64,000 nucleotides of DNA from Blastocystis sp. Blastoise (GCA_039096225.1 JBBPEB010000003.1:806001-870000); one strand, 5' to 3'; positions 17,182-46,947 are shown, counted from the first letter of the stretch. Notes: a model not told the origin generated them from the letters alone. Numbers and translations: made by a program.

Positions 17182-17360
17182 TATTTGTAAAATAGAGTAT
17201 ATATATATTATATATTATATTCATTATACTATAATATATATATACAGGAACATTTTCAAGGTTAGTAATTACATTAAATAGATCTACAGGACTGACAAAC
17301 GGATAAGATGAATTATCTTCTATATCAGGTACTAAGTACTATATATATATTATTATTATA

Positions 17361-17396
<36 letters not shown>

Positions 17397-17877
17397 CTGA
17401 GATATTATTATCATTATTATTATCTGAGATATTATTATTATATATACAATAAGTTGTGCCGTTTCATCATCTTGACTCTTCTTTAGTTTTTCCATAAATT
17501 CATATTTCACCTTAATAGTCATGGTATATGTACAATCATGACCATACGTTTTATATTGGAAATGATGATGTACGGGTCGAATGACGCTCTGTATGTCGAT
17601 ACGAAGAATGTTCGAAGAGAGTAACGTTTTGTGCTATAGAGAAATATTATAATATATGCATTAATATTATGTTTTTTAATGATATATAGAGAGTAATAGA
17701 AAAAAAACAACAATAATATACTATTATTATTATTTATATACATAATTTGTCTTTACTCGCTAATCCAATTCTATCTAAGAATACTTGTAAAGTCTTTGTA
17801 TATAGGGCGGGGATGAAGGGAGAGCGAGTAACGAAGTGGAACAACAGGAGAATCTGTGAAGGGGAGGAAAATAAAGA

Positions 17878-17920
<43 letters not shown>

Positions 17921-20601
17921 GGAAGAATAAGAGAGAATGATATCATAATCCAAACTAATTTATATATACATATATATATACCATAAACAGTGTCTTCTAC
18001 AAGATATAAAGAGGGATAAATAGAGTGATCATCGAAGAATGTTGTAAGACAAAGAGAAATGTCCCGCGGGGAATTGAGAGATAGGAAAGTAGTGATAGCC
18101 ACAGAGAGTAGTTCATTAAGGGATTCCGTGGGAGGAAGAAGGAGGGAAGATAATGGAATATCTACATACTATATATATATATATAGTTATAAATAGAGTA
18201 ATAAATATAGAATATGTATAGTAATAAATATAGTAATAATAGAGAATATTATATATATATACTTGATATCTAAGGAATTCAGGACTATCATATAAATCAT
18301 GTATATTATCTTTATTAAATTGTTCTTGTAATAGATATACATTCTTATATTTGGTTCCCGCGTCGATAGTTGCCGCCAAGGAAGTCACGAGAGGTTCATT
18401 GTTATTAATCATAATGAATGAGAAGAGAGAGAAAGAGGAAGAGAAGTATTGACGGATGTCCAGTGTAAGAAGGAGAAATGAGCTAGAAAAGAGAGGAATA
18501 TATAGCTAGAAATATATATAGGAATATATAACTAGAATAAATATAGGAATAAATAGCTAAATATATATAATAATAAGCATAATAATATGTAGAATAACAA
18601 TAATAAGTATACCTATAATAGAGTATAAAAATAAAACAAGAGAATGTCACAGTATGCGTCACATACGACGATCTACTTCGATATTTTGTTTTAGAATTCG
18701 AAGAACAGTTTTGTCAGATGTAGGACGTGCTTTGAACGATAAATAATTAATAATGGCACTATATATAAAAGTATATATAGGTATATATAGTGAGAAATAA
18801 ATAAATATAGGGTTATATAAAATACTATATATATATACTTCATGTTAGCTTCTCCATTGATTCTATCTACAAATATATTACGACTATGAACATTCTTAAC
18901 CCCGTGGGAAATCATCAAATCAAAGGGTAATTGTAAATAGCTATATAGTTATATATATATAGTTATATATATAGTTATATATATATATAGTTATATATAT
19001 AGTTATATATAGTTATATATATAGTTATATATATAGTTATATATATAGTTATATATATACAGATTAATAAGAGTATGTATATATGTAGAATTGAGACCCA
19101 ATCGGAGTAGAGAATAAAGAGCAATACCATCACTCACCTATATATATAGTTATATATAGTTATAAATATAGTTATATATAGTTATATATAGTTATATACT
19201 ATTCTTAATAATATCGTTAAAGAGTTGAGTGTAATCTTTGGTATTCTTATACCTATAATATAATAGTATATAATAATAAATAATAATAAGATATAATAAA
19301 TAATAGTAAAATATAACATATAATATACTAATCAAGATTGTCTAGAAGAAGTCGGCCTTGACTTTCTTTGCTCATCAGATCCTCGCGGGGATCTGTGTAT
19401 AATTTATGCATATTATCAATAAGTGTATAGATAGGGGTAATTGTATATATATGTATATAAAGGCAGAGAAAAGAAGGCATATAAGTCTTCAGATAGAGTC
19501 CTAATATATATATATTGATAAATAGATTAAAAAAGAATATATATATATATATACCATCTGACTTTAGATTGTTCAATTAAACTTAATATCAGTCCATTGT
19601 TAGTATTTGAATATGTATATAAGAATTTGTCTTTATTCCATTTTTATATAATTTATTTAATGTATTTCTAATTACATAAGAACTACATATATATACATTA
19701 TGTATATCGGGCATATTCTGTAGAGTTGACTGAGCATATATATTGTTGAAAAGTGGCTTAATATTGATGAATTGAATCAAAGCAAGACTTCCCGCCAATT
19801 TCACAGTCAATAAACCAGTATTTCTATATACATATATATTTATATATAGATCATATATAATAAGAAGATTAGCAGAAAATACACAGAATATATATTATTC
19901 ATGTATTATATATACTATTATATATATACTGTCCATAGATAGATACTGTTTTATACTCATTTGGCGGGATACATGGTAATAAATAAGAAAAAAAATTAGA
20001 TACATGACCATATTCCCGTGAATACATAACAATTAATAAATCAGCTATAAATATAAGTATATATAGAATCATATATATATAGACTGATATACAATTAATA
20101 GTATAGGAATTATAACGTGCCTTAACGTTCTTTGAGGGATGGAGGAGTGCGTCAGTGAGGGAGTTACAAGAAGTAACTATAAGAATGTATATATATATAA
20201 TGATTATTATGAATATATATATATATATATACAGGCAGATCTTTCAATAGGTTGAAGACGACTATATATATTATTATTATTATTATATATATATATTATT
20301 ATTATTATTATTATTATATAATATAATATATATATACATCAAGTTGTTGGAAGCTCTTTAGAATACGAAGTGCATGGAGACGATGTGTATGTAAAGGGGA
20401 GGCGAGAAGTGGTGCGAGGGTAGGGATAAGGGCCTGAAGGCGAGAGGATGAAAGGTAGGGACTATCAGAAGATAATGATGTATATAAAAATAACTTCAGA
20501 GAATATTTAAAGCAACTATATACATATAAAATAAAAATAAAAAATATATATACTTATTCTTGTTACTGTAAGAATTCCGTCATAGCCTCTCTGTCAAAAG
20601 C

Positions 20602-20644
<43 letters not shown>

Positions 20645-22600
20645 AATAACTTAAAACCAATAAACTATATTTTCCATAAATAAACCTATATATATATATT
20701 ATAAGTATAAAAATAAGTATATAGAATATAATATACTTAATAACAACATATATATATAATGTCGATTATCATTTAATTGGTTTGATAGATGAATATTTTC
20801 GTTATTATACTACTTATTCACTGTTGGTATATATTTAAGATAATGAATGACAACAACATATACGAATTCTAATGATGAAATATATATATAATATTAATTT
20901 TTATGAAAATAGAAAAAATTAATATAAAAAGAAATAGAATAATAAATAGAATAATAAATAGTAATATTTAATATAATAATAAATATACTTATCTTTAATC
21001 ATCTTGAGAACAACCTGGAAAAGTAGTGTGCTAAGTTGTAAATGATAAATGAACAATATGAGGGATTGGTACAACGCGTCATTATCACTATAGAGCATCA
21101 AGAGCTTAAATACATGAGTTAATAATGCTTCTGATTCGAAGAATGTACAAATAGATAAACCTCTTCTATATATAGATATTATTATTTTGTATACATACTG
21201 AAAACGTGTTACAAGTTTGTCTTCTATATATATATATATATATATAAGTTATACTTAATAAAGTAATTATATGTATAATATATACAGAATAATGTTTAGA
21301 AACAGATAGGTATCTTTATTTATATGATAATAATCAATTGTCTTCGTTGCATCTAACTCTTTATTCTATATATATATAATCTAATTATAAAAATAGAAAT
21401 AAATAAAAATAGAAATAAAATTACTTATAAAATTTATATATACATTTCTATATAAACGAAGTGGGTATAGATATCCTCGACCAGCAACCTGTTTTTCAAC
21501 TTCCCAAATATATGAATTATTATATACTTATACCGTAATACATTTTATAAAAATTTATATAAACATCAAGAAGTCTTAGTATAACAATCATAATAAGAAA
21601 AAGGCACAAATTGTACTATATATATATCAAATAGTAAATATAATAGAAACGAATATAATAACAGTTTATATAATGATATTTACATATGAATAATAAGTAA
21701 AATAAAAATAAATATAATAATAAAACTATATATATATATATATATATACTGCACAATAAAATTCTTCATTTCATCTTCTCTATCATCTGTATATACTTTA
21801 TATATAGTATTGTAAAGCAGATTCATAGCCTTCGTAAATATTTGAAGGTTCTCAACGGTAGAGATAAAGAGGAAGAGATAATCTGTTTCTTGAAGGATAG
21901 AACCCTATATATAAAGAAAAAGAATAAAGAAACAAAAAATAAGAGGTAGCATAAAATATAGAGTTTATATATAATAAATACTATAATAAACATAATAATA
22001 ACTATAAAATAATGATAAATAGGATGATATTAATAGATATAAATATAATAAAAATGAAATTAAATATCAAATATAATAGTATGTATATTCGGTGTTAAAA
22101 AATATACTTTACAGTATCCAGAGAAATGAAATCAATTTATAACGATCTATTGAACACTATATATATAATATTATATTTGAAAACTATACATATAATATCA
22201 AAATAATAAAAGAAAATAATAAATAGTTTGGCTATTTCCATATTAAATAGATATAAAAATGAATAAATAAAATAAAGATAATATAAAAAATAATTATAAT
22301 CGAATTAAAAAATACTCATCAAAGTAACATAGAACACACAAAAAACACACTTTGAATAATAAGAAATAATTCTGTGCTATAGAATAAAGATAGTTTAAAT
22401 AAATAAAACAAATTAAACAATATAATTATATACAGATAGCGCTTTTGGCCAAGCTGAACCATTTAGGATGACATAGAACACGATTTTACAATAGAAGAAA
22501 TTATCTAATTGTTAAAAGACCTGATTCCTATATAATCAAATGAATTAACTCTAATAAAATATAAAAAATAAAACAAATTTGAAAGGATATCATCGTACCT
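16500..22600 (-). pseudogene. Decayed multi-exon HEAT/ARM-repeat gene, probably a UTP20-like N-terminal portion
   Basis: Many exon-like GC-richer blocks with GT/AG borders. LENVPVSLTEER..NHIFGLYYLRWNRFWQKLTECC..LYWNCF and LASPLHTHRLHALRIL resemble UTP20. Apparent lesions: TAA at 21528-21530, frameshifts near 19610 and 17640-17740, TAG at 16867-16869 and a lost acceptor near 17880. The UTP20 identity is from memory and is less certain than the decay. Confidence 0.55.
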
Positions 22601-23127
22601 AAATAGAAAATGATATACTAAAAGCAAATATATATTCATATATTAAGTTCAGTATTAAAAGTAAATAAAAGACCCACTTTCAAATTATGCTTTTTTTTTG
22701 AAATGAAAAAAATTACCGTGTATTACAAAATTTGACTGTCTGAATTTTTGTTTTTGACTTTTTTTATAAACATCATAAAACAAGTTTTTTCATTTATATT
22801 ATAAGTTTAAATAGTCTACTGAATACCTCTTGACAACCTTTTATTGAAAATAAGTCAACATTTCCAAACCACTAATGTTAAGAAAACAAACCTAAAAAGC
22901 AGCTGTGTTTGTCAAATAAAGACCCTATTGATTGAATATAAACTTAAAAAGCTCATATTAACTCTATATGAGAAGAATTAAGAAAAATAGAAAAAAAATA
23001 TCGACTTAGAATTTTTTTTTCTTGTTTTTCAGAAAAATTCCTTCTCTAAACCACTTTTTTAGAAGGTCAAATTTTTAAAGAAAAATTATTGGACTATTTT
23101 AAAAATTAACCAACCAAAACTCTTAAA

Positions 23128-23139
23128 TAGGCCACCCTG
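23128..23139. mobile_element. Orphan hAT-like terminal inverted repeat end (CAGGGTGGCCTA on minus strand)
   Basis: GC-rich 12-mer beginning CAGGGT like the neighbouring MITE TIR, located where the surface-protein fragment breaks off. I did not find a partner end in the window. Confidence 0.4.
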
Positions 23140-23141
23140 CC

Positions 23142-23370
23142 TCATAGTGCTTGATGAATTAGAGTACCACTTGTATCTGTGCCTTTGAAAATTCTCCATG
23201 ATTCTTGATCAGCAGATATACTATACTTTCTTTTAACAATAATAGGTATACTGGGAGCGACACATTGCGATTGAACTACATTTATTAAAAATCTCAAACA
23301 AAATATATTTCACAAATATACCTAAAGATATCAATTCTAAAATGCAAAGCAGAACAACAAATTGTTTCAT
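23142..23370 (-). pseudogene. Truncated 5' fragment of a surface-protein family paralog (signal peptide + start of first module)
   Basis: ATG at 23370 with GT-AG intron 23276-23321 gives MKQFVVLLCILELISLVQSQCVAPSIPIIVKRKYSISADQESWRIFKGTDTSGTLIHQAL*. It ends 2 nt before a TIR-like sequence. Confidence 0.7.
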
Positions 23371-23569
23371 ATTATTATGCATATATGTATATAAGTTTTC
23401 TTTAGATCTTTATGCGTAAAAAAAGAATTCGATTTTTACTAAAAATCGGAAAAATATTTGTCAGAGGAAATAAATCATAAAAACCAGGGTAGCTTTTGAA
23501 AATAATATTTAAAATATGTTTAATCTATTGGACCGAATTTTAGTAAGTAAAAATAGTAATTCTCTTATT

Positions 23570-23709
23570 CAGGGTTCGCCACGAAGACTCTCTTGGAGTA
23601 CAAATTTCCTAAAAAAGCCAGTTTCATGGGTACTTTTAGGCGCATAAGGCGTAGATAAAAACTCTCTTGGAGTACAGACCGTACTCAAAGTACAGTTTGG
23701 CGAACCCTG
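23570..23709. mobile_element. 140-bp non-autonomous hAT-type MITE
   Basis: Perfect 12-bp TIRs CAGGGTTCGCCA (23570-23581) and TGGCGAACCCTG (23698-23709). Perfect 8-bp TSD CTCTTATT (23562-23569 and 23710-23717). Internal 16-bp direct repeat ACTCTCTTGGAGTACA (23587-23602 and 23661-23676). Confidence 0.92.
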
Positions 23710-24299
23710 CTCTTATTATCAATAAAAATAAAGACAAAAAAATGACAGGAAAATATTAATATTCATTATTTTAGTACTTCATATGACCTTTTTGATAATT
23801 TGAAAACAAACTTTTGTGTTCATGAAGATGTCTGCGTCATACTTTGGCGAAAAATATGAGAAAGTTTACTAAAAATTTTTAATTTTTTTCTTATGTTCTT
23901 GATATTATGAGGCAATTTTTACTGATTGTTGATTTTAAAAAAATTGATATATAAATATAATTTACATATAGTACGTTAACTTTCAATTATTTCAATTGTT
24001 TTATAACAGGAACTATAAAGTGACAATTCTTTGTTTTTGAAAAAAAACATATTAATATATACACATAATCAGTTAATTTATTTAAAAAAAACTTATAATG
24101 CTAACAGTCATAAAAATACAAGAAGTATCAGAAAAACAATAAGTATTCATAGCATCATATAGCGTAATAAATAATTTTTGATGTCACAAACTTTAACCAA
24201 AAAGAAATTATATATATATATATGACTGATAATATACAAAAATTACAAAAAAAATATATATATATACTATATATATAAACTATACATAATACCAAAGTA

Positions 24300-25628
24300 T
24301 TAATCAAATAAATTTTTGATTTTATCATAATTAACTTTATTACTAATCTTCTTAGCTTCTACCTATATAGCATAGAATATATAAAAAGGTATATATATAC
24401 AAGTCTACGAATTCCTTCTTCTGCTGTTTTAACTGGATGTCTATAGCCTTGAGCAACCTATATATATAATAATTATATATAATAATAATAAATATAATAA
24501 TAATAATAATAATAATAAAGCTCTATATATACATGTTTTCTAGATCTTCTACGAACAACGGGTTGATCTTTTTCTTTTTCTTTTTTCTTTTTTTCTCTTT
24601 CTATCAGCCATTCACGATTTTCTTCTTCCCATAATTCACTACGTTTCTTTTGTTCCTCTTCATTTAAAAATAATTCATCTAACTATATATATATATAATT
24701 AATTAATTAATTAATAATATGTACATATTCCGGTTATGATTAATATATATAAATACATTAATTATTGTTTCATATAGATTATATTATACACAATAAATAA
24801 TATATATATATATATAATATATATACTTCAGAATCACTATTTTCTTCTTCTCCTTCTTGTGGTACCCATTCTTGTTGTTTTGCTCCATTAGGTAATATAT
24901 TCTCGGATATAAGATGATATGTAGTACCATTCACTTTTTGACTACGTTTTGGAGAAGGAATTGAAATGATATCTGTGATTTCATTGGATGAACGCTTTTC
25001 TGATAATGATGGTGCAACCAATGAAAGATCTTGTATTTCCTGTTTTATAAATGTCTTTTCATTATTATTGTCATCATTTTTTTCATTATTATTTTCATCA
25101 TTATTTTCATCATTATTTTCATTACTTTTAGTAGACTCATTAAGAATTTCTTTATCGTGTATATCTATTAATGAATTATTTATAGATTCTTGATTAGATT
25201 CTTTATGAATAGGATCTTCTGTTATTTGTGCCAAATCTTTCTTATTTTCAATAGAATTATTATCATTATTCTTATCATTATTATTCTTATCAATATTCTT
25301 ATCATTATTATTATCATCTGTTTCTTCTTTATCCTTTACAGTTAATATATTCATATCATTCTTTTCTTCTTGCTTTTCATCTACTATAGAATTAGATATA
25401 CTAGATGTATCTATATCTATATTCTCATCACTCTTATTAAATAATTTATTATATAAATTCTTTCTCTTTTTTTGGACTTTTTCTGCAACTAAATTAATAT
25501 CTTCATCTTCGGAACTATTATCTATATAAGTTTATTATATATATATATATATAGATATAGATATATTTTTTTAATTTAATATATAAATTTAATATATTTA
25601 TATAATATAGATCATATATTTATATAAT

Positions 25629-25688
<60 letters not shown>

Positions 25689-25914
25689 TATATATATACT
25701 GTTTTCTTCTAAATCTCCTTCATCAGTAACTCCAATTTGGTCCATAATAGTTAATAATTTATTTTCTATATCTATATACATTTTCTTTTCATCACCTTCT
25801 TTTGTTAAACGACTTCTATTATATTTATCAGGTAATATATAATGAGAACCAGGAGTAATTATATTTAAATTTATTAATACTTGTTCTATATAATATATAG
25901 GAATTATATTATAG

Positions 25915-25945
<31 letters not shown>

Positions 25946-26320
25946 CCTTTTGATATTCCTTGTTCACTAGCTATATCCTCTATACTTTTTATTTCTTCTT
26001 GTTCTTTAACACGATTCTTTATATAACAAGGAGGATAACTTGATATAATACCATCATCCCCGTGGGAAACACCCTTTTCATCTATATCAAAATCATTTGT
26101 TTGATACGCCAAAGCATTAAATTCTTCAATTGATAAATTACCTATATATATATATATATAATATAAGGAATAAAGTAATTATTGATATCTCATAACTAAT
26201 AATAATAATATATATGTATATAAGATATTTACCAGCTACAGTATTACTAAACTCAGCTAATCGTTTATTAATAGTACTATCACATATCTTAACCATTGAT
26301 AATATTTGCTTCTTTGTACC

Positions 26321-26352
<32 letters not shown>

Positions 26353-26716
26353 TATTATTAGTATTATATATATATATATATATATATACGTTCAAATCCA
26401 TGCATACGTGCTGCTAATAGAAGAGATGCAGCAATAATACCTAAAGGTCTTCTTCCTCGAACAATCCAATCACGTTGCATTCTTTTTGTTAATCGTAATG
26501 CTGTTAATGTAACTGCCTATATATATATATATAAATAGATAAATTATATAATATTATTATAACAAAAAATAAATAGTATATAGTTATATATATATTATAG
26601 AGAACAAATAATAATTAATATATATATTATATATACAGCGGTTTGATCTCCAAGATCCATTTTGGCGGCAAATCTATGGAGGTAAAGAGATGGATCAATT
26701 GGCTTTACTTTCAATC

Positions 26717-26774
<58 letters not shown>

Positions 26775-27614
26775 CATAATATACCCAAGTGTATTATTTA
26801 ACTTTACAAAAACACTACCCAAACTAAATCTATATATAGAATATATCTTATATAAAAATATCTATACATAAATAAAAAAATACTATCTATGTATATATAT
26901 AAATATAACTATACATATCACATTGAAGAAAATCTGAAAAATCGATAAGCATAATAGGACTATTTTCCCATCTACAAACAACATATAAGCAACAAGCACA
27001 TACATAAGAAGCACGACGACCCTATATATTAGTTATTATTATTATTATAAATGTATATATAGTTTAAAAAATGACTAAAAAAAAAAGATTTTATTTACTT
27101 GAGTAAATTGATGTTGTACCGCTAATTCAAATAATTTTTGTGCGGATTCTACACAACTCTGTAAATTCATGGCTGCAGCATATTGAGCTATAGTTCGTTT
27201 ACCTCCATTAATAGTGATTTCTCGTGATTCTTTAAAACTAATCCATAAATAATTATGATTATAAGCAAGTCATACTTGTACCGTGATCCTGAAGAGAATG
27301 AGAAATTACTACCTGGTCCAACAAATGTACCCACGACATTACTAAAAAAAAGAACAAAAAAAGTAGATTATTCGAGATTTAATGAATGTATCTAATGTAA
27401 AAGACACGATAAACATACCTAGAACCTCCAGTACCTTCAGAGAATTCAACGGAAGAAATAATATCGTTTTCATCAAGAACTGTACCGCAATCAATACAAC
27501 TAAATTGATCAATAATAATTATTACTATCAAAAGAAATACGTTAGAGTTCCTCCTGAGGTACCTGTATCGATATTTGTACCACCACAATGTGGACAAACG
27601 TTTGTTTTTGACAT
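24300..27614 (-). CDS. BRF1: TFIIIB subunit BRF1 (TFIIB-related factor), multi-exon
   Basis: Zn ribbon CPHCG...[21 protein letters not shown]. Cyclin-fold motifs [48 protein letters not shown] and [13 protein letters not shown]-terminal W....REWL and [10 protein letters not shown]. Stop at 24300-24302. Confidence 0.95.
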
Positions 27615-27940
27615 ATTTGATTGAATCTACTTTAAATAAAACGATTAAACGTAATGAGAAAACGAATAAGTAGACTATTAAGTATATTTTTTAAAAATAC
27701 TCTATATTTGGAAATTAATAGAAACAAGCTTTATCTGAATATGACTGAAATAATAAAAAAAAAACAATTTCTTGTTTTTTTCTTTCCTAAAAAATTTACA
27801 TGAATAAATTACAATAATGAGTCAACAATTATAGAAAACCATGATTATAAGAATGTTGATCATTTTTTGCTACTCTTTTTTTTGACTTTGTTATTGCTGA
27901 TTATTGACTGCTTGAAGAGTATTATTTATCCTAGATCAGA

Positions 27941-30466
27941 ATGTATAGGGTCTTAAATAATCACAGTTCTATAAAAAATGTTGCTAACATCTTATGCAAA
28001 CAACATTTTTCTTTACGTGTAAATTCTCTTCGTTCATTTGGTACTTCTGTGAATGATGTTATGGATCTTGGTAATCGTTATAATGCAGGTAAATACTGGG
28101 TAAATCAAGCTGGTATTCCTATACAAGATGGATGTCTTAATCCTCAACATCAAGAAGATTCTTCTATCTTAACTCAAATTGATAAGAAGTTGGCATTTAT
28201 TGCTCTCAATAGACCTAAAGTATATTTTATTTTGATTTGTTTTTTGCTCATTGTTGTCAATTTTTTTATAGTCTTTGAATTCTATTGATATGGATATGTC
28301 TATGAAACTTTATGAAAAACATGTTGAAGTATTTTATTATGTTATTTTATAATTTTTTTTAAATATATTAAATAAATTTATTATTATTATATAGTATGAA
28401 CGTTATCCTGATTTAAATTGTATTGTTCAAATGGGTGTAGGAAATAAAGTATATATATGCTTATTTCATTTATTATTTTGTTATTATATTTGTTAATATT
28501 ATTTATATTATGTTTATTATTATTTTTTTTAGGCTTTTTGTTCTGGTGGTGATTTGAAATATATATATAATTTAATGAAAACAAATAAAAAGGAAGAATT
28601 AGTTAAATATTTTGGTCAAGAATATATTTTAGACCATCAAATTGCTAATAGCGGAGTATATATATATACATAATTCATAAAATATAATTATTAAATTAAA
28701 AAAATAATAATAATAATATTTACTGTATTTTATTCTAGATTCCCGTGATTAGTATATTAAATGGTATTGTTATGGGTGGTGGTGTTGGAATCTCTATGAA
28801 TACACCATATGCTATTGCTACACCTAATACTATATTTTCGATGCCTGAAGTAAATATTGGTTTCTTCCCCGATACAGGAGTAGGTAAATTATTAGCTCAA
28901 TTACCGCGGGGAATGGGATTCTATTTAGCATTAACTGGTGAACGACTTTATGTATATAATATTCTATTCTGTTATTATATATTATTATATATAGGGTGAT
29001 GAATTAATTCATACTGGATTATGTAAATATATGATCAGAAATGGTATATATATATAATTATTTATTCTTTGTTATATTATTATATCTTAATTTTAAACTC
29101 ATCTCAATAATATAATTTTATTATATATATATATAGAGGATATAAGTATATTATTGGATCGTTTGAGTTTATTGGATAGTAGAGCATCGGATGCAGTTAC
29201 TCATATACTTACTACTACTACTGAACCTGTTATGAAACCTACTAAAGAATTTGCTGAATTCCAAGATAATGTAGATCGTTTATTTGGTTGCTGTAATTTA
29301 GTTACTGATTCTATTGATAGTTTACTTGGTAGAATTGATGTATAATTCTATATATATATATTAACTATTTTTTATAACAATAATAATAATAATAATATAT
29401 ATATATATATATAGGATATGAATACTGAGTGGTCAGAGAATTTAAAACATACAATTCTTAAACAATGTCCTTTAGCTGTTAAGTTATCTTGGAAAGTATT
29501 ACGTGAAAGTATATATAAATCAAATGAAGATTGCTTAGCAAGTGATTTTAGAATAGCTTCTGTATATATTATTATAGTTATTATTAATTATTATATATTC
29601 TATATATATTCTATATTATCTATATATAGAGACTTGTTGATAAATCAGTAACAAATGATTTTTATAATGGAATTAATATCTTTTATTATTTATTTATATA
29701 CTACATATTTATTATTATTATTATATAATATATGTTCTCTTAATATTATTTACAATATTTTGCTACTAAATCTACTACTCTTCCTTCTTATAAACCAAAT
29801 ACATTAGAACAAGTTAAAGAATCTAAAGTATATATATATATATATATAATTATTATTTTGAAATAAATATTCATTTAATAAACATAAATATAATAATATA
29901 TATATATATATGTCTTTATATTTATATATATATATAGATTCAATCATTTTTTGCTCCTTTTACAAATCGTTCTGATGAACTTCAATTTCCTAAAAAACGT
30001 GATTTAGGAAAATATCCTGAATTATTTGGTAAATATGATGAACGTGTAAAGAGAGGAATGACTAAAGAATATAATAATAGTGATTTATTGATGGATATGC
30101 TGATAAGAGAAGATAATGTGTATAAAAAAGAATTTTTTGTCCATAATGTTACATGTATATTATTATTATATATTATTTATTTATTATTCTTATTAATCAA
30201 ATTATTATTATTATATAATTTTATTATATATTTTTATATTATTATTATTATTATTATTTCTTTATATTTATATATTTATTTATTATTATATATTATATAA
30301 TATAGCTGAATCATGGGTAACTCCTATTATGTGGGAAGATGAGCAAGCACGTGCTAACCAGAGAATAGAATTCGAAAAAGAAATGGCTCGTGAATTACTT
30401 CGTAATGAAAAGAAAATTGTTGAAGATACTGAAGAAGATCTTTTATTGAAAGATATTGAATTATAA
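27941..30466 (+). CDS. HIBCH: 3-hydroxyisobutyryl-CoA hydrolase family (crotonase fold), mitochondrial-type presequence, C-terminal extension
   Basis: Motifs LNRPK.LNS, AFCSGGD, FGQEY.LD..IA, ILNGIVMGGGVGIS, FSMPEVNIGFFPDTG, LALTGERL.G, CPLAVK and DFYNGI. The N-terminus MYRVLNNHSSIK...LRVNSLRSF is basic and lacks acidic residues. One AT-AC intron (29676-29753) is required. Confidence 0.9.
29676..29753 (+). other. AT-AC (U12-type) intron in HIBCH
   Basis: 5' end ATATCTTTT, branch-like TTCTCTTAAT about 10 nt before the 3' TTTAC. Removal restores DFYNGIKYFATK..PSYKP..LEQV; read-through hits TAA. Confidence 0.8.
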
Positions 30467-31204
30467 ATTATATATATATAAATAATATAAATATATAATT
30501 ATAATCTGTAGTATCTTCATTCATTTTTATTTTTATTTTTTAACATTTTCGGGGCATTCTCTTTATTTATATCTTTTTTTTATTATACATAATTTTTTAA
30601 TCTCACCATTTTTTTCGTTTATATATTCGTTAGAATTATATTTTATTATGTACAATGAATTATTCTAATAATAAAAAATTATAACAAGTCTCTCATAACA
30701 TCAAAACAAATAAAAAATGTACTTAATGGGAAAATAAGTTGATTCTTTTGGTCAATTGATTCTTTCTATATTCATAAAATGACTTACTATTATCTCTAGA
30801 ATATCCTATATTTCCTAAACGAAAAATAATATTTTAAAAATGACATAATAATTCAAATAGCCTTCAATCACAAAGCCAATTATGTATTTTTTTTGAGTAC
30901 ACTGAGAGTTGATATTAAGAAACATAAAAAAAGCCACGAAATCATTTTATTTCAAAATAATTAGATCCAAGAAAAGAAACGAGAGATAAAAATTTGTGGA
31001 AAAATGACATAAATACGTATAAAAATAATTGGGTGAAAATCATGAATTCTCGTGGTTATAGAAAGAAGATGAAGGGAATTTTATTTAACATAGAAATAAA
31101 AACGTGTGAAAATAAAAACAACAATATTCTCAAGTTTGTTTTTCTTAAATCATTATAACAAGTGTATATTACCTTCTGATATTGATAAGGATCAAATTGA
31201 GATA

Positions 31205-46947
<15,743 letters not shown>

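Noticed and set aside
15140-22540. Stop-codon reassignment or readthrough (in-frame TAA/TAG/TGA)
   Set aside because: The stops are confined to decayed segments that also have frameshifts. Intact genes have long stop-free frames and end in TAA.
22570-22600. ATATCCTTT on the minus strand as a third U12 donor
   Set aside because: No branch site or AC terminus at a suitable distance. It reads equally well as coding sequence (YDDILSNL) within the pseudogene.
15142-23370. Fragment at 23142-23370 as the displaced true 5' end of the 8088-15142 gene, with one large composite transposon between them
   Set aside because: No matching TIR or CCTCATAG TSD near 15100-15900 (CAGGGGTGGGGG at about 15832 is a poor match). 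The large gene also has its own degenerate equivalent N-terminal module.
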